Positions 12,541 to 22,098 of a DNA stretch of 64,000 nucleotides are shown here, one piece after another. This DNA is from an uncultured Chloroflexia bacterium (GTDB lineage Bacteria; Chloroflexota; Limnocylindria; Limnocylindrales; CSP1-4): NCBI GenBank assembly GCA_963763775.1, contig CAVXPZ010000001.1, forward strand, positions 896,001 through 960,000, in the 5' to 3' direction. A program made the translations under genes and the position numbers. Position 1 is the first letter of the stretch, and every line of letters begins with the position of its first letter. The notes under the pieces were generated by a model. That model made no database searches. It saw only the letters and a list, made by a program, of their open reading frames with translations, and was not told the origin of the DNA.

Positions 12541-13356
12541 TCAGCGGTCGTTGAGCCGAACGCCGCCCGTGGCGTAGGCGATCGGGGCGTGGACGGTCCG
12601 CGAGAGCAGACCCTGCGAGTACGGGTTGGCCGCGAGGACGGTCCAGCGGTCGGCGGTGCCAGCCGCGAGGGCCACGTCGTCCGCCGTCTTGCCGGCGTAC
12701 GGGTCGCTGATGACGACCGCGTCGTCCACGGCCTTGCCGGGGAACGGGCGCGTGAGCGTCTCGAGGGGCATGCTCGGATCGAAGACCTTGCCGGAGTACG
12801 TGGTGGCCGGCGCGAACGGGACGAGACCCTTCTGCGCGGCCGTCTTGGGGCCGGCGCCCGAGATCGGGAACGTGCCGCTCGGGGTGATCTGGTTGCGATG
12901 CAGCTGGAGGACGCGCCCGTTCGGGGCGACCCACGTGGTCACGGGGGCGGTCGCGTCGCGGCTGTCGATGATGCGGCCGTCGGACGTCATGTCCGAACCG
13001 CGAGCTGCCACGGCGGCGGCGGCCATCCGGTCGCGGAGCTCGCCCTGGTGCTGGATGAGGATCCCGTCGGTGGTCGCGGCCGCGGCGGCGGCGTCGGCGA
13101 GCTCACCCTGGTGCTGGATCAGGCGGTCGTCCCGAGCCGGGAACAACGGGGCCTTCTCGCCCATCCGCTGGACGAGGAGCGCGTGCTGGACGTCGGCCGG
13201 AACGGCGCCGGCGGCGGGTGCCGCCTTGATGCCCTGGCCGAACGCGATCCCGATGGCGCCGAGCGCGAGGGCGCCGGCGACGAGGGCCACCGCACCGAAC
13301 GGGGCGGCGGACTTGGTGGACTGCCCGGCGGCGGGCTGGCTGATGGTGGCGGACAT
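12541..13356 (-). CDS. Hypothetical exported or membrane-anchored protein with an internal LIQHQGEL repeat
   Basis: Strong RBS AAGGAGAAGGA, N-terminal hydrophobic helix, downstream hairpin. Confidence 0.7.
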   Translation of the reverse strand: MSATISQPAAGQSTKSAAPFGAVALVAGALALGAIGIAFGQGIKAAPAAGAVPADVQHALLVQRMGEKAPLFPARDDRLIQHQGELADAAAAAATTDGILIQHQGELRDRMAAAAVAARGSDMTSDGRIIDSRDATAPVTTWVAPNGRVLQLHRNQITPSGTFPISGAGPKTAAQKGLVPFAPATTYSGKVFDPSMPLETLTRPFPGKAVDDAVVISDPYAGKTADDVALAAGTADRWTVLAANPYSQGLLSRTVHAPIAYATGGVRLNDR

Positions 13357-13533
13357 TCGTCCTTCTCCTTGGTTCGTTCCGGAACGTCGGTCGGGACATC
13401 CGATCGAGCGTCCGTGGCGATGCCGCCATGCTCGGCTCGGGCCTTGATGCCGCCATCGGGCCCGGTCCCTACCCGTCCACCGGGTGCCGCCTCAATCTCC
13501 GGGGCACGCCGGGGCCGGGTACCTTATGGCCGA

Positions 13534-13561
13534 TGCAACGGTCCCGAGGGCGCGACGGTTC
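13534..13561 (+). promoter_or_regulatory. Putative ECF-type promoter TGCAAC-N16-CGGTTC
   Basis: AAC -35 and GTT-containing -10 pattern typical of ECF promoters, immediately upstream of the sigma gene. Confidence 0.45.
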
Positions 13562-13570
13562 TACGAGGTG

Positions 13571-14173
13571 ATGGACACCGACAACCAGCTCGTCGACGCC
13601 CTCGCGAGCGACCTGGATGGCACGTTCGAGGCCCTCGTGCTCGCGCATCAGGACCGCTGCTACTCGATCGCCCTGCGGATGCTCGGCGACCCCGGTGCGG
13701 CGGAGGAGGCGGCGCAGGACGCACTCGTCCGCGCGTACCGAGCGCTCGGCACGTACGAGCCGGCACGGATCCGCGAGCTTCGCCTGCGGCCCTGGCTGGC
13801 CACGATCGTCCTCAACCTCTGCCGCACGCGGCTGGCCCGGCGGCGGACGGCGGGCCGCGAGCCGCTCTCGCTCGACCTCGAGGGCTCGACGCTCCCGGAG
13901 CCGGTCGCGACCGATGCGTCGGCATCGCCGACGGCCGTCCTCGACCGCCGCGCCGAACGGGACGAGTGGGCCGCCCTCCTGGCCGGATTGCCGCCGGCGT
14001 ACCGGGCCGCCGTCGTCCTGCGTCACGTGGACGGCCTGTCCTATCCCGACCTCGCCCGAGCCCTCGACCGACCCGAAGGCACTGTCAAGGCCCAGGTCCA
14101 CCGGGGCCTGGCGATGTTGCGCACGGCCTACGAGGCGGCGGACCGCGTCGCCTGCCAGGAGATGACCGCATGA
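13571..14173 (+). CDS. ECF sigma-70 factor
   Basis: AEEAAQDALVRAYRAL, LRPWLATIVLNLCR (region 2); LPPAYRAAVVLRHVDGLSYPDLA...EGTVKAQVHRGL (region 4). Confidence 0.95.
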   Translation: MDTDNQLVDALASDLDGTFEALVLAHQDRCYSIALRMLGDPGAAEEAAQDALVRAYRALGTYEPARIRELRLRPWLATIVLNLCRTRLARRRTAGREPLSLDLEGSTLPEPVATDASASPTAVLDRRAERDEWAALLAGLPPAYRAAVVLRHVDGLSYPDLARALDRPEGTVKAQVHRGLAMLRTAYEAADRVACQEMTA

Positions 14174-14963
14174 CCCTCGACGACCGCACGCTGGAGGCCG
14201 CCATGGCCGACCTGGCGACCACCGCGCCGCCGACGCTCGCCTCGAACACGCTCGTCGCCGTGGGCCTGGCCGACCACATGGCCCGCATGGACTCGGTGAT
14301 CGGGCCGCTGTACGTCGCCTGGAACGGGCTCGGCGTGAGCGCGGTGGAGTCCGAGGAGTTCGCGGCCACCCACGCCGCGCGGACCGGGCGTCGCGTGTAC
14401 CCCGGTGGACGCGCTGCCGCCGGACCTCGCGGCCGCGATCCACCGCCGCCTCGCCGGCGAGCGCGCACGTGCGGATCGACCTCGACCTGCGCGGCCACAG
14501 CGACTTCGAGCGCGACGTCTGGCGCAAGGCCCTCGACATCCCGCGCGGCGAGGTCCGGCCGTACGGCTGGATCGCGGGCGAGATCGGCCGGCCGAAGGCC
14601 GTCCGTGCGGTCGGGACGGCCCTGGGGCACAACCCCGTGCCGCTCATCGTGCCGTGCCACCGGGTGGTCCGCACCGACGGCACGATCGGGCAGTACTCCC
14701 TCGGCGGCCCCGAGAACAAGCGGACGATCCTCGCGTCCGAAGGCCTCGACCCCGACGCGATGGAGGCCGCCGCGCGGCGCGGAGAGCGGCTCATCGGCTG
14801 CGCGTCGACGGGCATCGTGTGCTGGCCCACGTGTCGGACCGGCCGGCACATGCTGCCGAAGAACCGACGGCCGTTCCGGTCTCTCGCGGCCGCCGCGGAC
14901 GCCGGCTACCGGCCGTGCAAGGTCTGCCGGCCCGCGTCCGGCGCGGGATCCGTCGCCGCCTAG
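14170..14963 (+). CDS. ogt: Methylated-DNA-protein-cysteine methyltransferase with C-terminal Ada Zn-binding domain (frameshifts near 14403 and 14465)
   Basis: RAVGTALGHNPVPLIVPCHRVV active site; C-terminal STGIVCWPTC...GYRPCKVCRP; ATGA overlap with the sigma gene. Confidence 0.88.
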
Positions 14964-15047
14964 GGCAGCCGACCCGGTCACCCTGTTGTCCTACTGGACT
15001 AGGCCAACCGGCCCGCGTACACTGCCCTGATCTTGGACCAACCACCT

Positions 15048-16057
15048 ATGCCAACGGCGCCGCCTGCCCGCCCGAACCAGGGGCCGGGGATCTGGCTCGG
15101 GATGCTCGTGCTCTACCTCGTGTGGGGCTCGACCTATCTCGGGATCGCGGTCGCGGTGGACACGATCCCGCCGTTCGTGATGGCGGCCGCGAGGTTCGCG
15201 CTCGCGGGCCTGGTCCTGCTGCTCTGGTCGCTCGCCCGCGACCGCGGGACGCTTCGCCTGGCCGTCGCGGCGCGAGTGGCGGGACTCGGCGATCGTCGGC
15301 GCGCTCCTGCTCGGCGGCGGCATGGGCATGGTGGCGTTCGGCGAGCAGACGATCCCGTCCGGCATCACCGCCCTCCTCATCGCCCTGATGCCCGTCTGGG
15401 TCGCGGTGTTCGGGGCCGTCCTGCTCGGCGAGCGGCTCCCGCGGCTGGCGGTGATCGGCATCGCGATCGGGTTCGTCGGTGTCGCCGTCCTGGCCGGCCC
15501 GTCGGCGTTCGGCGGGACCGGCGCGCTGGAGCCCACTCGGGCTCGTGGCCGTGCTGCTCTCGCCGATCTGCTGGTCGCTCGGGTCGCTCTTCGCCTCGCA
15601 CCGCGCGACGCTGCCCCGCCAGCCGCTGATGGCGACGAGCGCGCAGATGCTGACAGGCGGCGCGGTGCTGGCGATCATGGGCCTCGCGGCGGGCGAGTTC
15701 GGGCGGTTCGATCCCGCCCAGGTGTCGAGCGAGTCGATCACCGCGTTCCTGTACCTGACGATCATCGGCAGCCTGCTCGCCTTCACGACGTACGGCTGGC
15801 TCCTTCGCAAGGCGCCGCTGCCGCTCATCGCGACCTACGCGTATGTGAACCCGATCGTCGCCGTCGCGCTCGGGGCGCTCGTGCTGCACGAGCCCATCGA
15901 GCCGAGGACCCTCGTCGCGGGCGCGATCATCATCGCCGGGGTGGCGCTCATCGTGACCGCGCGCGGTCGGATGGCGCGGCCGCGGACCATCGCGGAGCCC
16001 GCGGACGTCGGCATCGAGGCCGCGCCCGCGGCCGTCCGGCCCGCCACCAGCGCGTAG
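15048..16057 (+). CDS. EamA/DMT transporter (YedA-like; frameshifts near 15258 and 15535)
   Basis: LYLVWGSTYLGI, IPSGITALLIALMPVW, GSLLAFTTYGWLL, TYAYVNPIVAVALG. Confidence 0.9.
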
Positions 16058-16063
16058 TCCCGG

Positions 16064-18066
16064 TCACCCCTCCGCGAGGATCGTCCGCGAGACGCGTCGC
16101 GCGAGCGCCATGACCGTGACCATCGGGTTGACGCCGATCCCGGTCGGGAAGAGCGAGCCGTCACCGACGTACAGGCCCCGAACGACCCGGTCCGCCGAGC
16201 CGGCACCGCCCGTCCCGACCCGCACACGGCCCCACGGATCGCAGGCGTGGGTCCGCGCGTCCGCGCCCATCCGTACCGACCCCATCTGGTGGGCCGAGAA
16301 CACCGTGCCGCGGTTCGGCGCGAAGTCGAAGGCCTCCAGGGCCGCCTCGAACGCGGCGAACGCCGCCGTCTCGGCGCCCGGTTCGAGGCCCGCGCGTCGG
16401 TGCCAGCGCGGCGGCGTCCCGAGGGCGACGATGTCGTTCGCGCCCGCCGCGCGGACGAGGCGTGCCATCCGGACCAGGCCGTGCCGGAGGGTCGCGACCC
16501 CGGTCGCATCGAGGCGGTAGTCGATGCGCACGCGCCCGGCCTTCGTCAGGGTCAGGCGGCCCTCGCCGCCGTCGCGCGTCACCGCGATCAACGGCGCGAT
16601 GCGGGACGCGCCGGCCATCACCTCGGCATGGGCGGCCCGACCCTCCCACGGGAGGGCCAGCGCCATCAGTCCCGGGTGCCCGGGCGCCGACTCGATCACG
16701 TACCCGTTGCGCCCGGGTGCGCCCGCACCGAACTCCAGGGAGCGGGCCCCCTGCATCGTGCCGCGCCACATCTCGATCGGTTCGCTGAAACGGCCCGCGA
16801 TGACCGACACGGGGTGCAGCCGGAGGTTCCTCCCGGTCGCCGGGTGGTCGATACCGGTCCGCTGGAGGATCGCCGGGGTCCGCAGGGCCCCCGCGGCCAG
16901 CACGACGGTCGCCGCACGCACCTCGAGCGGCCGGCCGTTCGCGACGGTCGCCTCGACGCCGACCGCACGGCCGCCCTCGACGATGACCCGCTGGACGTCC
17001 GCGCCCGCGACGATCCGGGCACCGGCCATCGCCGCCCGAGCCAGGTGGACGCGGATCCCGGACTGCTTCGCCCCACGACGGCAGCCGAAGGGGCAGCTCC
17101 CGCAGTCGCCGCACGCGGTCGCGTTCCGGCGCATCGGGGCGGCCTCCCAGCCGAGTGCGCGGGCGCCGCGCAGGATGACGGCGTCCTTGGGCGGGATGTG
17201 GGTCGCCTCGGCGACGCCGAGGTCGGCCTCGACGGCGGCGACATCGTCGGTCCAGGCGGATCCGTCCTCGACGCCCTCCAGCCCGTGGTCGGATGCCCAG
17301 TCGGCCCGGACGTCGGCCGGGGCCTCGATGCAGGTCATCCAGTTCACGAGCGTGCCGCCGCCGACGCCGCGCCCCGACAGCATCGTCACCGAGCCGTCCC
17401 ACGTGGTCAGCAGCCCGTGGTCGAGGTAGAGCCGGTCGAAGGCGGCGAGCTCGTCGGTCGGCATCGTCGACTCGTCCGACGAACTCCCCGGCCTCGAGGA
17501 CGACGACGGACCGGCCGGCCTCGGCCAGCGCGGCCGCGATGACCCCGCCGCCGGCCCCGGACCCGACGACCACGACGTCCGCGTCGAGCACGATCGGCGA
17601 CGCAGGCGTCGGCGCCATCCCCGCCACCCACGGGCACGAACGGCGTGATGGGCGCCCGGTCGGACGTCACCGGCGGCGAGTCCGGCCGGTAGTCGATGAG
17701 GGCATGGAGCGGGTTCGGGCCGCCGTTGCCGGGATCGGCATACGCCAGGAACGTGAGGAGCTTGCGGAGCGCCTGGAACGCGGAGCGGCGCATCGGCAGG
17801 CGCGAGGTGCCCCAGCCCAGGAGATAGCGTTCGCGGGCGTCGAGCGGCATCGCGCTGAAGCCGGACGCCCGGCCGCACAGGGCAAGGTTCGCGGCCCGGG
17901 ACTCCATCAGCCGGAGCACCAGCGACAACTGCGCCCGCTGTGCGGGATCGGCCGCGACCGCGAGGCCGTCGGCGGCGAGCCGCGCTCGGCGGGCCGGGTC
18001 GTGGGCGACGAAGGTCTCGGCCAGCGCCGTCAGCGTCGCCAGCTCTCGATCGGCGGTCTCGGTCAA
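16064..18066 (-). CDS. GMC oxidoreductase (long-chain alcohol oxidase-like; two frameshifts near 17630 and 17478)
   Basis: DVVVVGSGAGGG, GVGGGTLVNW, CGDCGSCPFGC, GRNLRLHP, SAHQMGSVRMG, DGSLFPTGIGVNP. GGAGG RBS before TTG. Confidence 0.9.
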
Positions 18067-18261
18067 CGGGTCCTCCGGGCTCGGCCGGAGTATGACCGCG
18101 CGGGCGGACGCATCGCTGGGTTACGGGACGGGGTCGCGCGGACCACGTTCGATACGGACCAAGGTCGCGGCGGTGGCGTCCGCGGGTCGCTCGCGGTCCG
18201 CTTCGGCCGCACGCGGCCCCGACCCCTTGTCGGGAGGCTGCCGGGCTGGCTAGCCTCGGGC

Positions 18262-20205
18262 ATGGACGCCGTCGCGCCGGGACGATCAGGTCGGGCGATG
18301 CCCGCCGCGGCCCTCGCGCCGTTGACACCGGCGGCACCCCCGGCACCGACCGCGACCGGCCACGGATCGGCCTCCCCGGTCGCGACCTTCCTCGAGCGGG
18401 TCCACGAGCGGCACCGCGACCGCACCGACGGCACGGTCGCGACGTATATCCCCGCCCTCGCGGCCGCCGACTCGTCGTGGTTCGGCGTCGCGCTGATGAC
18501 GGTCGACGGGACCGGCTACGACGTCGGCGACAGCCGTCAGCCGTTCACGATCCAGTCGATCTCGAAGCCGTTCACCTATGGCCTCGTCCTCGACGCCCTC
18601 GGCGAGCCGGAGGTCCGCCGACGGATCGGCGTCGAACCGACCGGGGACGCCTTCAACTCGATCACGCTTGCGCCCGGGAGCGGGATCCCGCTCAACCCGA
18701 TGGTGAACGCCGGCGCGATCACCGCGGCGGCCATGGTCGCGATGATCCCGGGCGTCGACCCCCTCTCGCACGTCGTCGAGCGCTTCTCGGCCGCCGCGGG
18801 ACGCCGCCTCGGGATCGACGACGCCGTCCATCGGTCGGAACGCGACACGGGGCACCGCAACCGCGCCATCGGCCATCTGTTGCGAGCGTCACGCGCGCTC
18901 GACGATGACCCCGAGGCGGCGCTCGACCGCTACTTCGCCCAGTGCTCGATCACCGTGGACGCGGTCGCGCTCGCCACGATGGCCGCGACCCTCGCGAACG
19001 GCGGCGTGAACCCGGTCAGCGGGGAGCGCGTGCTCGCGGCCGGCACGGTCCGCTCGGTCCTGAGCGTCATGGCGACCTGCGGCATGTACGACGCCGCCGG
19101 GGAGTGGCTCTACACGGTCGGGCTCCCGGCGAAGAGCGGCGTCGCCGGGGGCGTCCTCGCGGTGGTGCCCGGCGAGCTCGGGATCGCGATCTTCTCGCCA
19201 CCGCTCGATGCGCAGGGCAACAGCGTGCGCGGCGTCGAGGTGTGCCGCGACCTCGTGCGCGAGCTCGACCTGCACCTGCTCGGACGCGGGCCGGCGTCGG
19301 TGCCGCCGCTGCGCGCCAGGCACACGGTCGGACGCCTCGGTTCCAAGCGCGGCCGGACGCCGTCGGAGCGGACCGTCATCGCCCGCGGCGCCTGGCAGGC
19401 CGAGGTGCGCCAGCTCCAGGGCGACCTGACGTTCCTCGCCGCCGAACGGGCGATCCGAGGCCTGGAGGACCCGACCGGAGGTCCACGCTGGGTGGCCCTC
19501 GACCTCGGCCGCACGACGGACATCGAGCCCGGCGCGATCGGGCTCCTCGCGGACCTCGTCGTCGCGATGCGGGCGGACGGCCGCGACCTCGCCGTCGCCA
19601 GCGGGTCCGCCCATCTCGAGGCGCTGGACGCGCTGGACGCCCGTCTCGCCGCGACCGGGCAGCCGGTCGTCCGACGGTTCCCCGACGGCGACCGCGCCCG
19701 GGAGTGGGGCGAGGAGTCGATCCTCGACGACGCGGCCGCCTCGAGCCCCGGGCTTCCCGACCACGACCCGCTGTCGGACGACGAGGCGTTGTTCGGCGGG
19801 CTCTCGGCGGCCGAGCGAACGGCGCTCCAGCACCGCTTCGAACGCCGGCTCTACGCCCCGGGCTCGGTCGTCGTCCGGCGCGGCGACGAGGCGACCGAGC
19901 TGTTCCTCGTGGTCTCGGGGCGGCTGAGCGTCACCGTCGACCGGCCGGACGGCATCAGCCGCCGCCTCACGACGCTCTCGGGCGGCATGGTGTTCGGGGA
20001 GCTGGCGTTCGTCGCGCGCGACCGGCGCACCGCGGACGTGCACGCGGACACCATGGTCGAGTGCCTGGTCCTCGAGGCCGGGGCGTTCGAGGCGCTCCTG
20101 GCCGACGAGCCGCACATCGCCGCGGTCATCCTCTCGAACCTGCTGCGGATCGTGGGCGGCACCGCCCGGCGGCTGACCGACGAGCTCGCGGTGGCGGTCG
20201 ACTGA
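18262..20205 (+). CDS. glsA: Glutaminase A with C-terminal STAS-like and cyclic-nucleotide-binding domains
   Basis: VATYIPAL, FTIQSISKPF, EPTGDAFNS, NPMVNAGAI, CGMYDAAGEW, PAKSGVAGG, GNSVRG; LQGDLTF (STAS); FGELAF...RRTADV (cNMP). TAGCCT 5 nt upstream. Confidence 0.93.
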   Translation: MDAVAPGRSGRAMPAAALAPLTPAAPPAPTATGHGSASPVATFLERVHERHRDRTDGTVATYIPALAAADSSWFGVALMTVDGTGYDVGDSRQPFTIQSISKPFTYGLVLDALGEPEVRRRIGVEPTGDAFNSITLAPGSGIPLNPMVNAGAITAAAMVAMIPGVDPLSHVVERFSAAAGRRLGIDDAVHRSERDTGHRNRAIGHLLRASRALDDDPEAALDRYFAQCSITVDAVALATMAATLANGGVNPVSGERVLAAGTVRSVLSVMATCGMYDAAGEWLYTVGLPAKSGVAGGVLAVVPGELGIAIFSPPLDAQGNSVRGVEVCRDLVRELDLHLLGRGPASVPPLRARHTVGRLGSKRGRTPSERTVIARGAWQAEVRQLQGDLTFLAAERAIRGLEDPTGGPRWVALDLGRTTDIEPGAIGLLADLVVAMRADGRDLAVASGSAHLEALDALDARLAATGQPVVRRFPDGDRAREWGEESILDDAAASSPGLPDHDPLSDDEALFGGLSAAERTALQHRFERRLYAPGSVVVRRGDEATELFLVVSGRLSVTVDRPDGISRRLTTLSGGMVFGELAFVARDRRTADVHADTMVECLVLEAGAFEALLADEPHIAAVILSNLLRIVGGTARRLTDELAVAVD

Positions 20206-20223
20206 TCCGGCGCGGGCCGATCC

Positions 20224-21432
20224 TCAGGCGCCCGGTCGCTCCCAGCCCTGCGCGGGCCACGGCTCGCAGCGCAACGGGCGGTCCTCGCGATAGCCGAGCG
20301 CGTAGTCGGCCTGGATGAGCGTGTGGAGCTGGCTCGTGCCCTCGTAGATGACCGCCGCCTTCGAGTTGCGCAGATAGCGCTCCACCGGGAACTCGTTCGA
20401 GTAGCCGTTCGCGCCGTGGACCTGGATGGCGTCGAGCGCGCTCTGGACCGCGTGCTCGGTCGCGTGCCACTTGGCGAGGCTGGTCTCGCGCGTGTTGCGG
20501 ACGCCCTGGTTCTTCAGCCAGCCGGCGCGCCAGACGAGGAGCCGGCCGATCTCGATGCCCTTCGCCATGTTGGCGATCATCTGCTTCACGAGCTGGTGCT
20601 CGCCGATCTCCTGCCCGAACGTGTGCCGCTCGTGGGCGTATCGGACGGAGGCGTCGAGGCACGCCTGGGCGAGCCCCACGGCGCCGGCGGCGACGGTGTA
20701 CCGGCCCTGGTCGATCGCGCTCATCGCGACGAGGAACCCCTCGCCCTCCTCGCCGATCCGGTTCTCGAGCGGCACCGCGACGTCGTCCAGGTTGATCATC
20801 CCGGTATTGCCGGCGCGGATCCCGAGCTTGCCGTGCAGCGTGCCGGTCGTCAGGCCGGGCATCCCGCGCTCGAGCATGAACGCGGTCACGCCCTTGTGCT
20901 TCTTCGCGCGGTCGACCGAGGCGAAGACGAGGAAGTGGTCGGCGATGTCCGCGAGGCTGATCCACATCTTCTGGCCGTTCAGCCGGTAGGTGTCGCCCTG
21001 CCGGCGGGCCGTGGTCGCGAGGTTCCCGGCATCGGTGCCGACACCGGGCTCCGTGAGCCCGAACGTCGCGAGCTTCTCGCCGCGAGCCTGCGGGACCAGC
21101 CAGCGCTGCCGCTGCGCCTCGGTCCCCCACTGGAGGAGGGCGAGCGAGTTGAGCCCGACGTGGACGCTCTGGACCACGCGGAAGGCGGTGTCGGCCCGCT
21201 CGAGCTCCTCGCACAGGAGCGCGAAGCTGATGTAGTCCATCCCCGCGCCGCCGTAGGCCTCGGGGATCGGGGCGCCGAGGAATCCCAGCTCGCCCATCGC
21301 CGCGAACACCTCGCGGTGGACCTCGCCGGTCTCGTCCCATGCCCGGATGTTCGGCAGGATCTCGGCTTCGGCGAAGGCGCGAACGCTGTCGCGGACCAGC
21401 TTGTGCTCGTCGGTGAGGGCGAAGTCGACCAA
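20224..21432 (-). CDS. Acyl-CoA dehydrogenase
   Basis: TTG start with GGAGG RBS; FGLTEPGVGTD, LNGQKMWIS, QVHGANGYSNEFPVERYLRN, IYEGTSQ. Confidence 0.93.
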   Translation of the reverse strand: MVDFALTDEHKLVRDSVRAFAEAEILPNIRAWDETGEVHREVFAAMGELGFLGAPIPEAYGGAGMDYISFALLCEELERADTAFRVVQSVHVGLNSLALLQWGTEAQRQRWLVPQARGEKLATFGLTEPGVGTDAGNLATTARRQGDTYRLNGQKMWISLADIADHFLVFASVDRAKKHKGVTAFMLERGMPGLTTGTLHGKLGIRAGNTGMINLDDVAVPLENRIGEEGEGFLVAMSAIDQGRYTVAAGAVGLAQACLDASVRYAHERHTFGQEIGEHQLVKQMIANMAKGIEIGRLLVWRAGWLKNQGVRNTRETSLAKWHATEHAVQSALDAIQVHGANGYSNEFPVERYLRNSKAAVIYEGTSQLHTLIQADYALGYREDRPLRCEPWPAQGWERPGA

Positions 21433-21452
21433 GGGGCCTCCTGCTCGGGCGG

Positions 21453-22098
21453 CTAGGCGAGCGATGCTAGCAGGGCGCGATCGACCCGGGCCGGCCCGGG
21501 CGTCCAGACCGTCGCCACGTGCCCCGCGCCGACGTCGAGCGACTGGCAGGACCCCGGTCCTCGGCCGACCGGCCAAGGCGTCCAGCGAGACCCCGCGGCC
21601 CTTCGCCTCGGCCTCGAGTCCCGTCCACGCCGTGGCGAACGCCGATGGCCAGGCAGGCGACGACGGGCCGATCCGACCCGGCAGCCCGGCCGGGCAGAGG
21701 TAGCGGTCGGCGACGGCCGGGTCGGATCGTCGGCGGTCCACCGGCTCCACGTCGACGCCGACATCGATCGCGTCCGCGACGGCCGCGATCGCGACCGTCC
21801 CGGCATGCGAGAGGCTGGCGCGCCAGCGGCCACCATCCGGGGTGAGGATCCACGGGCGCCCGTGGGCATCCGGCTCCACGCCGATCTCCACCGGGCGACA
21901 CCCGACAAGATGGGCGACCATCGATCGAAGCGTGGCGTGCGCGACGACGAAGCGTCGCGCGTCCTCGGGTCGACGGAACGACCTGGCGCGCCGCTGTTCG
22001 GCCGCATCGAGCGTCGACCATCCGGCTCCCATCGGATCCGTCCCACGGTCGACGCGCCCGACGCCGACGACGACCAGCGGGATGGCGGCCGCGCTCAC
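21453..22098 (-). CDS. Sfp-type 4'-phosphopantetheinyl transferase (frameshift near 21550)
   Basis: RRFVVAHATLR, HGRP, SLSHAG, VGVDVE, WTGLEAEAKGRG; GTGA overlap with the A-T-TE gene. Confidence 0.85.

Noticed and set aside
14395-14470. Programmed frameshifting in the MGMT-Ada gene
   Set aside because: No slippery heptamer seen; indistinguishable from the window-wide indel noise.
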